Below, piece by piece: positions 23,356 through 35,649 of a stretch of 64,000 bases of DNA (positions within the stretch are counted from its first letter, which is position 1; each line of letters opens with the position of its first letter). The position numbers and the translations under genes were made by a program. Source of the DNA: Squalus acanthias (Eukaryota); contig CM059431.1 of assembly GCA_030390025.1 (NCBI GenBank), positions 104,038,001-104,102,000 of the forward strand. The letters run 5' to 3'. The notes below the pieces were generated by a model. It saw only the letters and a list, made by a program, of their open reading frames with translations. It searched no databases and had not been told where the DNA came from.

Positions 23356-26212
23356 TCAGTACCCTGTCCCTGCTTTCTCCCCATATCCCTTGATCCCTTT
23401 AGCCTTAAGAAATATATCTAACTCCTTCTTGAATATATTTAATGAATTGGCCTCAACTGGCTTCTGTGGTAGAGAATTCCACAGGTTCACCACTCTCTGG
23501 ATGAAGAAATTCCTCCTCATCTCAGTCCTAAATGGCTTACCCCTTATCCTTAGACTGTGACCACTGGTTCTGAACTCCCCCGCCATCGGGAACATCCTTC
23601 CTGCATCTAGTCAGTCTAGTCCTGTTAGAATTTTATAAGTTTCAATGAGATCCCCTCTCATTCTTCTAATCTCTAGCGAATATAAGCCTAATCGACCCAA
23701 TCTTCATACGTCATTCCTGCCATCCCAGGTATCAGTCTGGTGAATCTTCGCTGCACTCCCTCCATGGCAAGAACATCCTTCCTCAGATAAGGCGACCAAA
23801 ACTGCACACAATACTCAAGGTGTGGTCTCACCAAGGCCCTGTACAACTACAGCAAGACATCCTTGCTCCTGTACTCGAATCCTCTCGCTATGAAGGCCAA
23901 CATACCATTTGCCTTCTTAACCGCCTGCTGCACCTGCATGCTTACCTTCAGCGACTGGTACACAAGGACACCTAGGTCTCATTGCACTTCCCCTTTTCCC
24001 AATCTATTGCCATTCAGATAATAATCTGCCTTCCTGTTTTTGCCACCAAAGTGGATAACCTTGCATTTATCCACATTATACTGCATCTGTCATGCATCTG
24101 CCCAATCACCCAACCTGTCCAAATCATACTGGCGTTTCTCTGCATCCTCCTCACAGCACACACACTCACCCAGCTTTGTGTCATCTGCAAACTTGGAGAT
24201 ATTACATCTAGTTCCCTAGTCTAGATCATGAATATATATTGTGAATAACTGGGGTCCTAGCACCGATCCCTGCGGTACCCCACTAGTCACTGCCTGCCAC
24301 TCGGAAAAAGACTCGTTTATTCCAACTCTTTGCTTCCTGTCTGCCAACCAGTTCTCTATCCAAGTCAGTACCTTACCCCCAATCCCATGTGTTTTAACTT
24401 TGCACGCTAATCTATTATGCGGGACCTCATCGAAAGCCTTTTGAAAGTCCAAATACACCACATCCACTGGTTCTCCCTTATCTATTCTGCCAGTTACATC
24501 CTCAAAAAATTCCAGTAGATTAGTCAAGCATGATTTACCTTTTGTAAATCCACATTGACTTTGTCCGATCCTGTCACTGTTTTCCAAGTGCTCTGCTATT
24601 ACATCTTTTATAATGGACTCTAGCATTTTCCCCACTACCGATGTCAGGCTTACCAGTCTATAATTCCCCGTTTTCTCTCTACCACCTTTTTTAAATAGTG
24701 GGGTTACATTAGCTACCCTCAATCCATGGGAACTGTTCCAGAGTCTATAGAATTTTGGAAGATGACCAGCAATGCATCTATTATTTCTAGGGCCACTTCC
24801 TTAAGTACCCTAGGATGTAGATTATCAGTCCCTGGGGATTTATCGGCCTTCAATCCCGTCAATTTCCCTAACACCATTTCCCTACAAATACTGATTTCAT
24901 TCAGTTCCTCCCTCTCATTAGACCCTATGTTCCCCAACATCTCTGGGAGGTTATTTGTGTCCTCCTTTGTGAAGACAGAGCCAAAGTATGTATTTAATTG
25001 GGCTGCCATTTCTTTGTTCTCCATTATAAATTCCCCTGATTCTGACTGCAAGGGACCTACACTTGACTTCACCAATCTTTTTCTCTTCACATATCTATAG
25101 AAGCTTTTACAGTCAGTTTTTATGTTCCCTGAAAGCTTACTCTCATACTCCATTTTCCCCCTCTTAATTAATCCCTTTGTACTCCTTTGCTGAATCCTAA
25201 ACTGCTCCCAATCCTCAGGTTTGCTGATTTTTCTGGAGAATTTATATGTCCTCTCCTTGGATCTTATGCTATCCCTAATTTCCCTTGTTAGCCATGTTTG
25301 AGTCACCTTTTTTGTTTTATTTTTATGCCAAACAGGGATGAACAAATTCTGTAGTTCATCCATGCGATCTTTAAATGTTTGCCATTGCCTATCCACCGTC
25401 AACCCTTTAAGTAACATTCCCCAATCCATCCTAGCCAACTCACGCCTCATACCATCATAGTTTCCTTTATTTAAATTCAGGACCCAAGTCTCTGAGTCAA
25501 ATACTTCACTCTCCATCTTAATGAAGAATTCCATCATATTATGATCGCTCCTCCCCAAGCGGCCTCGCACAACAAGATTGCTAATTAATCCTTTCTCATT
25601 ACATAATACCCAGTCTAAGATGGCCTGATCTCTAGTTGACTCCTCGACATATTTTTCCAGGAAACCATCCCGTATACATTCTAGGAATTCCTCCTCCACA
25701 GTATTTTTACTAATTTGGTTAGCCCAATCTATATGTAGATTAAAGTCACCCATGATAACTGCTGTGCCCTTATTGCACGCATCTCTAATTTCCCATTTAA
25801 TGCTATCCCCAACCTCAGCATTACTGTTTGGGGGTCTGTATACAACTCCCACTAACGTTTTCTGCCCCTTGGCATTTCTCAGCTCTACCCATACAGATTC
25901 CACATCATCAGAGCTAATATCCTTCCTTACTATTGTGTTAATCTCCTCTTTAACCAGCAATGCTACCCCACCTCCTTTTCCTTTTTGCGTGTCCTTCCTG
26001 AATATTGAATACCCCTGGATGTTGAATTCCCAGCCTTGGTCACCCTGGAACCATGTCTCCGTAATCCCAATTATATCATATCTGTTTACATCTATTTGCA
26101 CAGCTAATTCATCCACCTTATTACGAATGCTCCTCGCATTAAGACACAAAGCCTTCAGGCTTGTTTTTTTTAACATTCTTAGACTTTTAGAATTATTATT
26201 TACTGTGGCCAT
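23356..26212 (-). pseudogene. CR1 ORF2 (APE endonuclease + RT), broken by frameshifts and stops
   Basis: ORFs 24719-26212 (NARSIRNK, ITETW, IMGDFN, SDHN), 24216-24722 (YLDFQKAFD, GVPQGSVLGP) and 23356-23595. Confidence 0.92.
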
Positions 26213-26334
26213 GTTTGATTTACACCCTTGATTTCTCTGATTGCCACTTTTGCTTTTCCCCTTCCTGTCTTTTGCTTCTATCCTTGCTTCCCTTTCCTCT
26301 GTCTCCCTGCACAGGTTCCCAACCCCCTGCCATT

Positions 26335-27254
26335 TTAGTTTAAACCCTCCCCAACAGCACTAGCAAACACTCCCCCTAGGACATTGGTCCCGGTCCTGCC
26401 CAGGTGCAAACCGTTCGGTTTGTACTGGTCCCACCTCCCCCAGAACCAGTGTCCCAGGAATTTGAATCCCACCCCCTTGCACCATTCCTCTAGCCACGTA
26501 TTCATTTGAAATATCCTTCTATTTCTACTCTGACTAGCACGTGGCACTGGTAGCAATCCTGAGATTACTACCTTTGAGGTCCTATTTTTTAATTTACCTC
26601 CTAACTCCCTATTTTCAGCTTTTAGGACCTCATCCCATTTTTTACCTATATCGTTGGTACCTATATGCAGCACGATAACTGGCTGTTCACCCTCCCCCTC
26701 CAGAATGCCCTGCAGCCGCTCTGAGACATCCTTGACCCTTGCACCAGGGAGGCAACATACCATCCTGGAGTCTCGTTTGCGACCGCAGAAATGCCTATCT
26801 ATTCCCCTTACAATAGAATCCCCTATCACTATAGCTCTCCCGCTCTTTTTCCTCCCGTCCTGTGCAGCAGAACCACCCATGGTGCCAGGAAGTTGGCCGC
26901 TGCTGCCTTCCTCCGATAAGCCATCTCCCTCAACAATATCCAAAGCGGTATATCTGTTTGAGAGGGGGATGGCCACAGGGGACCCCTGCACTACCTGCCT
27001 GCACTTACTACTCTGCCTGGCAGTCACCCATTCCCTTCCTGCCTGTGCAGCCTTTACCTGCGGTGTGACCAACTCATTAAACGTGCTATCCACGACGTCC
27101 TCAGCATCGCGAATGCTCTAGTATGTATCCATTCACAGCTCCAGCGCCGCAATGCGGTCTGCCAGTAGCTGCAGCTGGATACACTTCCTGCACACATGGT
27201 CGTCAGGGACATAGTGCAGGAGGAGCATGCCACGGGGCCAAGCTGTGCTGCCAT
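26335..27254 (-). pseudogene. CR1 ORF1 (Cys-rich N-terminus + SGNH/GDSL esterase-like domain), frameshifted
   Basis: VACSSCTM; LSNRYTAL; AIVIGDSIVRG; CCLPGARV; HIGTND; NGLHL. Confidence 0.9.
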
Positions 27255-27839
27255 GACTTACCCTTTAATTAATTTAAATTAAATTAAATCAAATCAATTA
27301 CACTAATTACATTACAATTAAATGATATACTCAAGGGCCCTTGTTTACTAGCACCCCCCGCTACACAACAGAGACCTTAGAAACTATAACCACAAAATTA
27401 AGACCTTCTGAACTTTATAAACTACTAACCTTAACTGTCAAACTATAGAGTAGTATAAATACTCACCTGGCCGTACTCACCCAATCAGCTGCTTCCTCTT
27501 CAGCTTGAAAAATATTTGCGGCGCAAGTTGCTGGGAGTGCGAGCTGATAAAGGCGCAGCAAGTGCACAGGGGCATCTGGGACCTCGGTGAATGATGGGAC
27601 CAACAGTCTATCTCCTTAACCCATGAGATTTCAGGGTTGAGAAAGGAACAGAGGAATGACGGGGAAGGAAATAGGGTGAATTAGAGTCAAATCAGGTACA
27701 GAGAGAAATAAAGAGAGGAAAAGAAAGATTGGATTAAGAGAGAGAGAGAAAAGAGAGACAGAAAGGAAAAGTAAGAAAAAAATTTAAATTTTTAATTTTA
27801 AAAATCTCTAAGAACAATTTACTACCTCTAGGCATGAAG

Positions 27840-28174
27840 TGTCAGTCGTGGCTCAGTGGGTCGCATTCTCACCTCTGAGTCAGAAGTTTGTGGGTTCAAG
27901 TCCCACTCCATGAGACTTGAGCACAAAGTCTAGGCTGACACTCCAGCGGTGCCATCTTTTGGTATGAGATGTTCAACTGAGACCCTTCTGCCCTCTCAGG
28001 TGGATGTAAAACAACCCAAGGCATTATTTTGACCTTGCTCTGTGTAAATTGGTTGCCATGTTTCCTACATTAGTGACTAAACTTCAAAAGTACTTAATTG
28101 GCTGTAAAGCGCTTTGGGACGTCCTGAGGGCGTGAAAAGGCGCTATATAAATGCGAGTCTTTCTCTTTTTTTTT
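27840..28174 (+). mobile_element. Deu-SINE (internally deleted) inside MITE B
   Basis: A/B boxes, partial Deu core, L2-like tail. Confidence 0.82.
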
Positions 28175-28714
28175 AATGAGACTCCACAGTTTCAATTGTT
28201 CCCTTTCTGGGCCGGAGATGTTGAGTGGCATTGCAGGAACATAAATCTCATCATTAAAAGGGTCCGTTAAGTACCAGCGCTAAATTCCTGCGGCGAGTTT
28301 AATTTGCAATTAATGCGTAAATGCAGCAATTTCTTGACACTCGCGGGGAAGTTGAGGGCCGAGCCACCCTATTTGCGAGGCTAATGACGAAGCAGCGCAA
28401 CCCGTCCAGCAACTTGTGGCGATTCGCAACTCAGGGGGTATCTCTTCCTCGCCACAAGTTGCTGGGCGATTCACAGACTAATAATGGCGAGCGCCATTAA
28501 ACGCACAGCTATTTTGCCAGCAAATTCTGGGCCATTGCATAATGTCATGCCGATGTTGCAGTTCTGTTTGGTGGACCACAGCTGATTAAAATTTAGGTTG
28601 CGTCTAAAACGTACAACGCCATAGCTATTTCATGATAGTCATTTTAAATTATTACGAATAAGTCAGCATAACCTAGCTGTTACAATTCCCTACTGTAGCA
28701 TAAAGGTTATCTCA

Positions 28715-29243
28715 GTAGGAGTGTGCTGGAATACTCTCCACTTGCCTGGATGAGTGCTGCTCCAACAACACTCAAGAAACTCGACACCATCCAGGACAAA
28801 GCAGCCCGCTTGATCGGCATCCCATCCACCACCTTAAACATTCACTCCCTCCACCACCGGCGTACCGTGGCTGCAGTGTGTACCATCTACAAGATGCACT
28901 GCAGCAACTCGCCAAGGCTTCTTCGGCAGCACTTCCCAAACCCGCAACCTCTTCCACCTAGAGGGACAAGGGCAGCAGGCACATGGGAACACCACCACTT
29001 CCAAGTTCCTCTCCAAGTCACACACCATCCTGACTTGGAAGTATATCGGCCGATCCTTCATCGTCGCTGGGTCACAATCCTGGAACTGCCTCCCTAACAG
29101 CACTGTGGGAGTACCTTCACCTCACAGACTGCAGCGGTTCAAGAAGGCGGCTCACCACCACCTTCTCAAGGGCAATTAGGGATAGGCAATAAATGCTGGC
29201 CTTGCCAGCGACGCCCACATCCCATAAACGAATAAAAAAAAAA
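28715..29243 (+). mobile_element. Crack/Daphne-like LINE 3' fragment with poly(A)
   Basis: LEYSPLAWMSAAPTTLKKLDTIQDKAARLIG; AATAAAAAAAAA end. Confidence 0.87.
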
Positions 29244-29741
29244 GTAAAACTTTGCTAATGGACTGGAGCTATCAAACCATAGTTTAAACAGGTCTTTCCA
29301 CTGGCCATGTTTAGCACTCCTGAAATGCAAGGAAACATTCTAACTTGGTACATTTCATCAATGTAATTACTGGTCTAATTGTTGTTTAATTACTTCAGTA
29401 GCAACCTTTATCACCCATAATAAATTATATGGTGACTCCAATTAACACACCAGCCAGAGATAAACTACTCATTTATAGTGCCAAATATAAACAATTAGTT
29501 AACCCACCCACTACTGAACTAGCTCCCAAAATTGCACTTTATAAAATTTGCCTCTGATCTTTAAACACCGCCTTATATATGAATAAAACAAGGGGGAGGC
29601 ATAAATTGAGATTAAAATTATCCTTTAGTGTAGCAGAGAGAAGTTTATTCATCTGGGCAAATGTGGCAGCTGTAATTAGCAGTGGTGATACCCGATTGAG
29701 GGAAGAATATCGGCTAAAACACTTGGGGAAACTCCCTGCTC

Positions 29742-30597
29742 CTTTTTTTATTGATACATGGGATGTGGGTGTCACTGGCAAGGCTAGTATTTATTGCCCA
29801 TCCCTAATTACCTTCAACTGAGTGGCTTACTAGGCCATTTCAGAGGGCTGTTAAGAGTCAACCACATTGCTGTGGGTCTGGAGTCACATATAGGCCAGAC
29901 CGGGTAAGGACGGCAGATTTCCTTCACTAAAGGACATTAGTGAACCAGATGGGTTTTTACAACAAACCAGTAGTTGTATGGTCACCATTAATAATACTAG
30001 CTTTTTATTCCAGATTTATTTAATTCATTGAATTTAAATTCCCCAGTTGCTGTGGTGGGGATTTGAATTCATATCTCTCAGATCATTAAGTCCAGGCCTT
30101 TTGTTTTATTTGTTTATGGGATGTGGGCGTCGCTGGCAAGGCCAGCATTTATTGCCCATCCCTAGTTGCCCTCGAGAAGGTGGTGGTGGGCCGCCTTCTT
30201 GAACCGCTGCAGTCGGTGTGGTGAAGGTGCTCCCACAGTGCTGTTCGGGAGGGAGTTCCAGGATTTTGACCTAGCGACGATGAAGGAACGGCGATATACT
30301 TCCAAGTCAAGATGTTGTGTGACTTGGAGAGGAACTTGGAGGTGGTGGTGTTCCCACGCGCCTACTGCCCTTGTCCTTCTAGGTGGTAGAGGTCACCGGT
30401 TTGGGAGGTGCAGCCAAAGAAGCCTTGGTGAGTTGCTGCAGTGCATCTTGTAGACGGTACACACTGCAGCCACGGTACGCCGGTGGTGGAGGGAGTGAAT
30501 GTTTAAGGTGGTGGATGGGGTGCCAATCAAGCGGGCTGCTTTGTCCTGGATGGCTTCTGGATTAGTAGTCCAGTAACATACCCACTAGGCTACCGTT
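29742..30597 (-). mobile_element. tRNA-derived SINE (MetaSINE/SlmI-like), interrupted by a LINE 3' fragment at 30100-30552
   Basis: Core CCCATCTGGTTCACTAATGTCCTTTAG..GTGACTCCAGACCCACAGCAATGTGGTTGACTCTTAAC; tail matches the Crack-like LINE 3' end; copies at 38461 and 47185. Confidence 0.75.
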
Positions 30598-30704
30598 CCC
30601 TCTTTGAATAATACCTTTAGCATCCAGCTGAACCATCAGAAAAGGGAGACGGATCCTTGGATTAATGTCTCACCTGAAGCTCAGCACTTCCAGCAATTTA
30701 GCAC

Positions 30705-30935
30705 ACTCCCCATGGGCAACCAACAGCAGCATTACCGGGAATTCCAATTTTACAGAGTGGCAGGATTCTCCAGGGCTCAAGGATATACGTGCTCCCTTAA
30801 TCACGTACATCGACAGAAAGGGTTCCACTCTCAAAAAGTCCAGATCATTTGCGACCGATAACACTACATCATGCAAATGAATGCTCACTTTCTGGGAACT
30901 GCCCTGATGCCTTTATTCAAGATCAGTCCACTGTT
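30705..30935 (+). pseudogene. Decayed Harbinger transposase fragment
   Basis: FYRVAGFSRAQG, YIDRKG/KGFHSQKVQIICD, IMQMNAHF-GNCPDAFI resemble AGFPxVxG..NRKGFHSxNVQxxCD..PGSxHDA. Confidence 0.72.
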
Positions 30936-31102
30936 GTGAAAAATCTATTACTATGCTAAGATGTTACTTAACTAGATTAATAGACCAGCTATCTGTAAAA
31001 GTTAGAAACGGGACCTGAGAACAGAGAAGGTAGAAATATAAGGAAACTTTACCTTTATCTATAATATGCTCGTAAGTGTATAGATTAATCAACGGATATA
31101 TT

Positions 31103-31812
31103 GGGGGGAATTTTAACCCCCAAAAATTGCGTGGGTTTGGGTTCGGGTGGGAGGTTAAAGAGTTAAAAAACTGAATCCCGACTCCAACACACCTCCAACC
31201 ACCTCCAATCCCAGGAGGCGGGGTGCTCATTTAAATATTATAATGAGACTGGAGTGCCTCTGGTGATCCACCATTTCAAATTTAGCTCTGGCTGGTCGGG
31301 TTTCCCAGGCCCCGGGGAACCCGCCAGATAAAGGGAGGCGAGGACTGCTGGATCCAGGAGGTCAGTGCCCTTCCACTTACCTACTGGATCCAGCGTCCCT
31401 GCCTCACCCACCGTCCGCGATCGGACATCCCACGACCCATCCGATCTCCCCCCCCGACTTTCCCCCTGAGGTCTCTGACCTCCCCCCAAGGCCTCCAATC
31501 CATTCCCCCGGCCCTCGACCAGCTCGCGATCGCCTTCCAGGCCTTCCCCCGCCGGCCCCAACCACCCCTCACCCTCACCCCATCCTCCTCCGGCCTCCGA
31601 CCCACCTCACCTCCTCTCTGCGGCCTTGTGCCTCAGGCCTACCCGCCCAACAGCCAGCCAGCCTCTCCAACTGGCTGGCTGTGGGCGGGAAACAAAGCTT
31701 TGAAATGCTAATCAGGCCCCGCTGTTAAATTCAGCAGGGACTGTGGGAAACCTGTTCTCCTAGCTTTCCGGCCCCCCTGCTCACTACTCACCTCCAAATT
31801 AAAATTCCGTCC
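31103..31812. mobile_element. Harbinger-type MITE, family C (GC-rich)
   Basis: Imperfect TIRs GGGGGGAATTTTAA / TTAAAATTCCGTCC; flanks ATT/ATC. Confidence 0.6.
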
Positions 31813-32146
31813 ATCTTGCTGGCTCATAAACGAAGTCTTGCTATAACTTTGGCTTGATCAGAAGTCTTCTTTCTTTGTATAGCGGTTTGTTCCTCTCGGG
31901 CTAGGGCCTAATCTTTGGATGTCTCTGGTTTGGAGAATCTGGAACTTGGCTGCTGTCCACATGTTTCGGGAGAGATGTCTATCTCCGTTTCTATAGCAGA
32001 ATTCTGCTGACCCAGGCATCCCTTATCTTCCCTTTCTCAGATTGTATGTTTGTGATCGATTTATCGCAGTTCCAACAATGGAGCTCTGATTGGCTCAGAC
32101 ATCAGTTGTTTAGTCTTCTTCTCATTAGTCTTTCTCAAAGCCTCTT

Positions 32147-32597
32147 TGCTCTCTGAGTCAGAAGGTTGTGGGTTCAAGTCCCACTCCAGGGACTTGAGCA
32201 CATAAAGCTGGGCTGACACTCCAGTGCGGTGCTGAGGGAGCGCTGCACTGTCGGAGGTGCCGTCTTTCAGATGAGACGTTAAATCGAGGCCCCGTCTGCC
32301 CTCTCAGGTGGAGGTAAAAGATCCCAAGGCACTATTTCGAAGAAGAGCAGGGGAGTTATCCCCGATGTCCTGGGGCCAATACTTATCCCTCAACCAACAT
32401 AACAAAAACAGATTATCTGGCCATTATCACATTGCTGTTTGTGGGAGCTTGCTGTGAACAAATTGGCTGCTGCATTTCCCACATTACAACAGTGACTACA
32501 CTCCAAAAGTACTTCATTGGCTGTAAAGCACTTTGAGGCGTCCGGTGGTCGTGACAGGCGCTATATAAATGCAAGTCTTTCTTTCTTTGTTTCTTTC
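32147..32597 (+). mobile_element. Deu-SINE
   Basis: B-box, Deu core, (CTTT)n tail. Confidence 0.88.
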
Positions 32598-33356
32598 TAT
32601 GGCTTTTAAGCATTAACAGTTTCTCCAAGGTTTCCCCTTGAGGGTTTGTCTTGTCTCAGGAGGGTTTATCGCATCAGGGTTACCGGTTTCAGTGTAGCTT
32701 GACGGTACGGCAACATCATTAATATAATTACAGCAGAAGACAAAGCATCCTATTACAAGAGTTGAATTTTTGGTTTATGAATTCCACATGTAGTTCTAAG
32801 TGTTGCACAATCATTTAAGTTACCTTAGCGTTCGGCAATACATTCAGTTTTGAGTGAGACATTACAATTGGATTGGGTGATATAGAATGCACATATGCAG
32901 CACAATGCCAGTGCTCTTTGACTGAGAAAGGCAAATCTCTGGGTAGGTCCTGGGAGATCAAAGGTTCCCCTTTGGCTGATGACCCCTGCGCACGCTCTCA
33001 GGACACATGCTGCACACTGCTCTCAACAAGGTTTATTCATCCTGAGTCATCGGAGAGCGAGCAATCGGAATGTGGCAGATGCACGTCATGTACCTGGACT
33101 AGTCTGGGAGTGTCCCGCACTATAGTCCAATGAAGTGAAGGCTGGGGGGTGTAAAGAACGACGCCCCCGGGCATTGATGGTAAGTTCTTCAAATTCTACG
33201 CAAAGGGTGATGGAAGTCTGGATCTCACTCCCTGCAAAAGCTGATGACGCTATGTCAATTAAATACTGTGTTGCGGAGATGCCGGTGTTGGACTGGGGTG
33301 GACAAAAATGAGAAGTCGGACAACACCAGGTTATAGTCCAACAGCTTTATTTGAAA

Positions 33357-33393
33357 TCACAAGCTTTCGGAGCGCTGCTCCTTCGTCAGGTGA
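33357..33393 (-). ncRNA. Minimal type I hammerhead ribozyme motif
   Basis: UCAC-CUGACGA-A-GGAGC-AGC-GCUCC-GAAA-GC-UU-GUGA: intact core, stems I and II, palindromic AAGCUU in place of stem III. Confidence 0.7.
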
Positions 33394-33655
33394 AGTGAAG
33401 AAATACAAATGGGCACAGCATATATAGACAGAGAACATGACCCATTGTGACCCCACCTCATTGTCTTTGTTGTATTTTGCTATTGTCTTTGATGTAATGT
33501 CTTCCTGACTGACCTGGTTGGACACCATCCACACCTTTGATTGCCGTGATTGTCTCTCTGCCGAGGTGTGATAAAGGGCAGCTAGAAAGATTAACTGTAG
33601 TCGTCTGGCATTGTTCTCTGACTATTTATGTTGTGCCCATATGTATTTCTTCACT

Positions 33656-33692
33656 TCACCTGACAAAGGAGCAGCGCTCCGAAAGCTTGTGA
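33656..33692 (+). ncRNA. Second hammerhead motif with mutated core (CUGACAA)
   Basis: Same as the minus-strand copy except G>A in the CUGANGA box. Confidence 0.55.
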
Positions 33693-34184
33693 TTTCAAAT
33701 AAAGCTGTTGGACTATAACCTGGTGTTGTGCGACTTCTCAATTAAATACTGAGTTGATAAGGTTTTTGTTAGGCAAAGATACGTATTAAAGGTTAGGGAA
33801 CCAAGGCAGGTGGATGGAGTTAAGGTACAGATCAGAATTGATCTAATTGAATGGTGGAACAGGCTCGAGGGGCTGAATGGCCTAATCCTGTTCTTATGTT
33901 CCTCTATTCTTTAACACAACAATGGGGAGATGGTTGTAAGCAGCAGATGTGCTTAGTATCGGTGCATTCTTGGAATGTGTAGCTGGCTACTCATGCCTTG
34001 CCTTAACTGATAAGGTCATTAAACTATTTTGCTGCATTAAGTGGCCATGTATTAAACATTGGAAATGGTATTGGTTGCCCTGGCAACTCCATTTCATTAC
34101 TTTGCTGCTGTTCTTCCTGAAATATAAATCTACATTGGAGTCCTCACTCAGACATCAATCATTCAAGTTTTTATTTACTATAAA

Positions 34185-34692
34185 TACACTCCACTTGCCT
34201 GGGTGAGTGCAGCTCCAACAACACTCAAGAAGCTCGACACCATCCAGGACAAAGCAGCCCGCTTGACTGGCACCTCATCCACCACCTTAAACATTCACTC
34301 CCTCCACCACCGGCGCACCGTGGCTGCAGTGTGTACCATCTACAAGATGCACTGTAGCAACACGCCAAGGCTTCTTCGGCAGCACCTCCCAAACCCGCGA
34401 CCTCTTCCACCTAGAAGGACAAGGGCAGCAGACGAATGGGAACACCAGCACCTCCAAGTTCCCCTCCAAGTCACACACCATCCTGACTTGGAAATATATC
34501 GGGCCATTCCTTCATCGTCGCTGGGTCAAAATCCTGGAACTCCCTCCCTAACAGCACTGTGGGAGTACCTTCACCACACGGACTGCAGCGGTTCAAGAAG
34601 GTGGCTCACCACCACCTTCTCAAGGGCAATTTGGGATGGGCAATAAACGCCGGCCTTCCCAGCGACACCCGTATCCCATAAACAAATAAAAA
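34185..34692 (+). mobile_element. Crack/Daphne-like LINE 3' fragment
   Basis: SAAPTTLKKLDTIQDKAARL; A-rich end. Confidence 0.87.
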
Positions 34693-34799
34693 TGAAACCT
34701 GTGTTAGGGGGCCACGTCACACATTTACATTGGGCAACCAAGTGATTGTTTACAGCAGTACATGACTTGTACCTCAACAACAACTTGCATCGCGCCTTA

Positions 34800-35224
34800 A
34801 ACAACAAGAACTTGCATTTATATAGCGCCTTTAACGTAGTAAAACGCTCCAAGGCACTTCACAGAAGTGTCATCAGACAAAGTTTGACACCGAGCCACAT
34901 GAGATGTTAGGACAGGTGACCAAAGAGGCAGGTTTTAAGGAGCGTCTTGAAGAAGGAGAGAGAGGCAGAGATACAGATATAGAGATACAGCGGAGCATGG
35001 GGCCTCGAGAGCTGAAGGCACGGCCGCCAATGGTGGTGCGAAGTAACTCGGGGATGCAGAAGAGGCCTGAGTTGGAAGAGCGCAGAGATCTCGGGGGCGG
35101 GGCGGGGTGGGGTTGTGCGGCTGGAGGAGGTTACAGAGATAGGGAGGGGTGAGGCCATGGAGGGATTTAAACACAAGAATGAGAATTTTAAATTCGAGGC
35201 GTTGCTGGACCAGGAGCCAATGTA
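34800..35224 (-). mobile_element. L2 3' fragment
   Basis: (AAC)n tail; matches other L2 copies. Confidence 0.82.
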
Positions 35225-35649
35225 CCCATAAAAACCCGTGTCAAGAAGTCACATACAGCCTGGATTTGGAGTCCCTTTCTATTTTCTTTCCCATTCCATC
35301 CTTTCTGAAATTAATTATTTCAAACCTCAATTTTCTTTCTTTGTTTTTTATTTACTTTGCCGTATTTTTTTCTCACATGTTTATCTTGAACTCTTCCATT
35401 TTTTGTTTACTTTGATAAATTTCCATACTAATTTTCCCTCTTTTTCCTGAAATAAACTGTCATTTATATTGTTGACCACTTATATTATTCACACACCAGT
35501 AGCTATACAGGAATGCGGAGGAAAACCAGCTATTAGCAGTGATCCATGCCACTTAACTCCCGAGAATGTAAGCTTGGTCATTTTCTAAATCGTCTCCGCC
35601 AGTGAGGGACTATGCCAAAAGCAAAAATATGAATGCCTAGAAATTTGCA

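Larger units (their letters stand above)
23263..27495 (-). mobile_element. Near-full-length CR1 LINE (5'UTR, ORF1, ORF2, (TTCTATGT)n tail)
   Basis: ORF1 and ORF2 in order, repeat tail at 23263-23280, apparent 5-bp TSD CTCTT (23258-23262 / 27496-27500). Confidence 0.95.
23201..28533. mobile_element. Harbinger-type MITE, family B, split by a full-length CR1 and a SINE
   Basis: TIRs GGCCCAGATTTTGC / GCAAATTCTGGGCC, TSD ATT; interior matches the inverted copy at 51735-52476. Confidence 0.78.
33269..33737. mobile_element. Non-autonomous Penelope-like element remnant with inverted pLTR arms
   Basis: ~128-bp inverted arms (33309-33437 / 33612-33740), 40-nt one-sided extension, 14-bp TSD (33255-33268 / 33738-33751), hammerhead motif in each arm. 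Confidence 0.8.
33180..33905 (+). mobile_element. Decayed CR1 3' end split by a Penelope-derived insert
   Basis: CR1 3' sequence continues across the duplicated TCAATTAAATACTG. Confidence 0.72.

Noticed and set aside
30962..32757. Solo LTR (TGTTA...TTACA) split by a MITE and a SINE
   Set aside because: TSD not clean (AAGA vs AGAG) and no second copy; left unresolved
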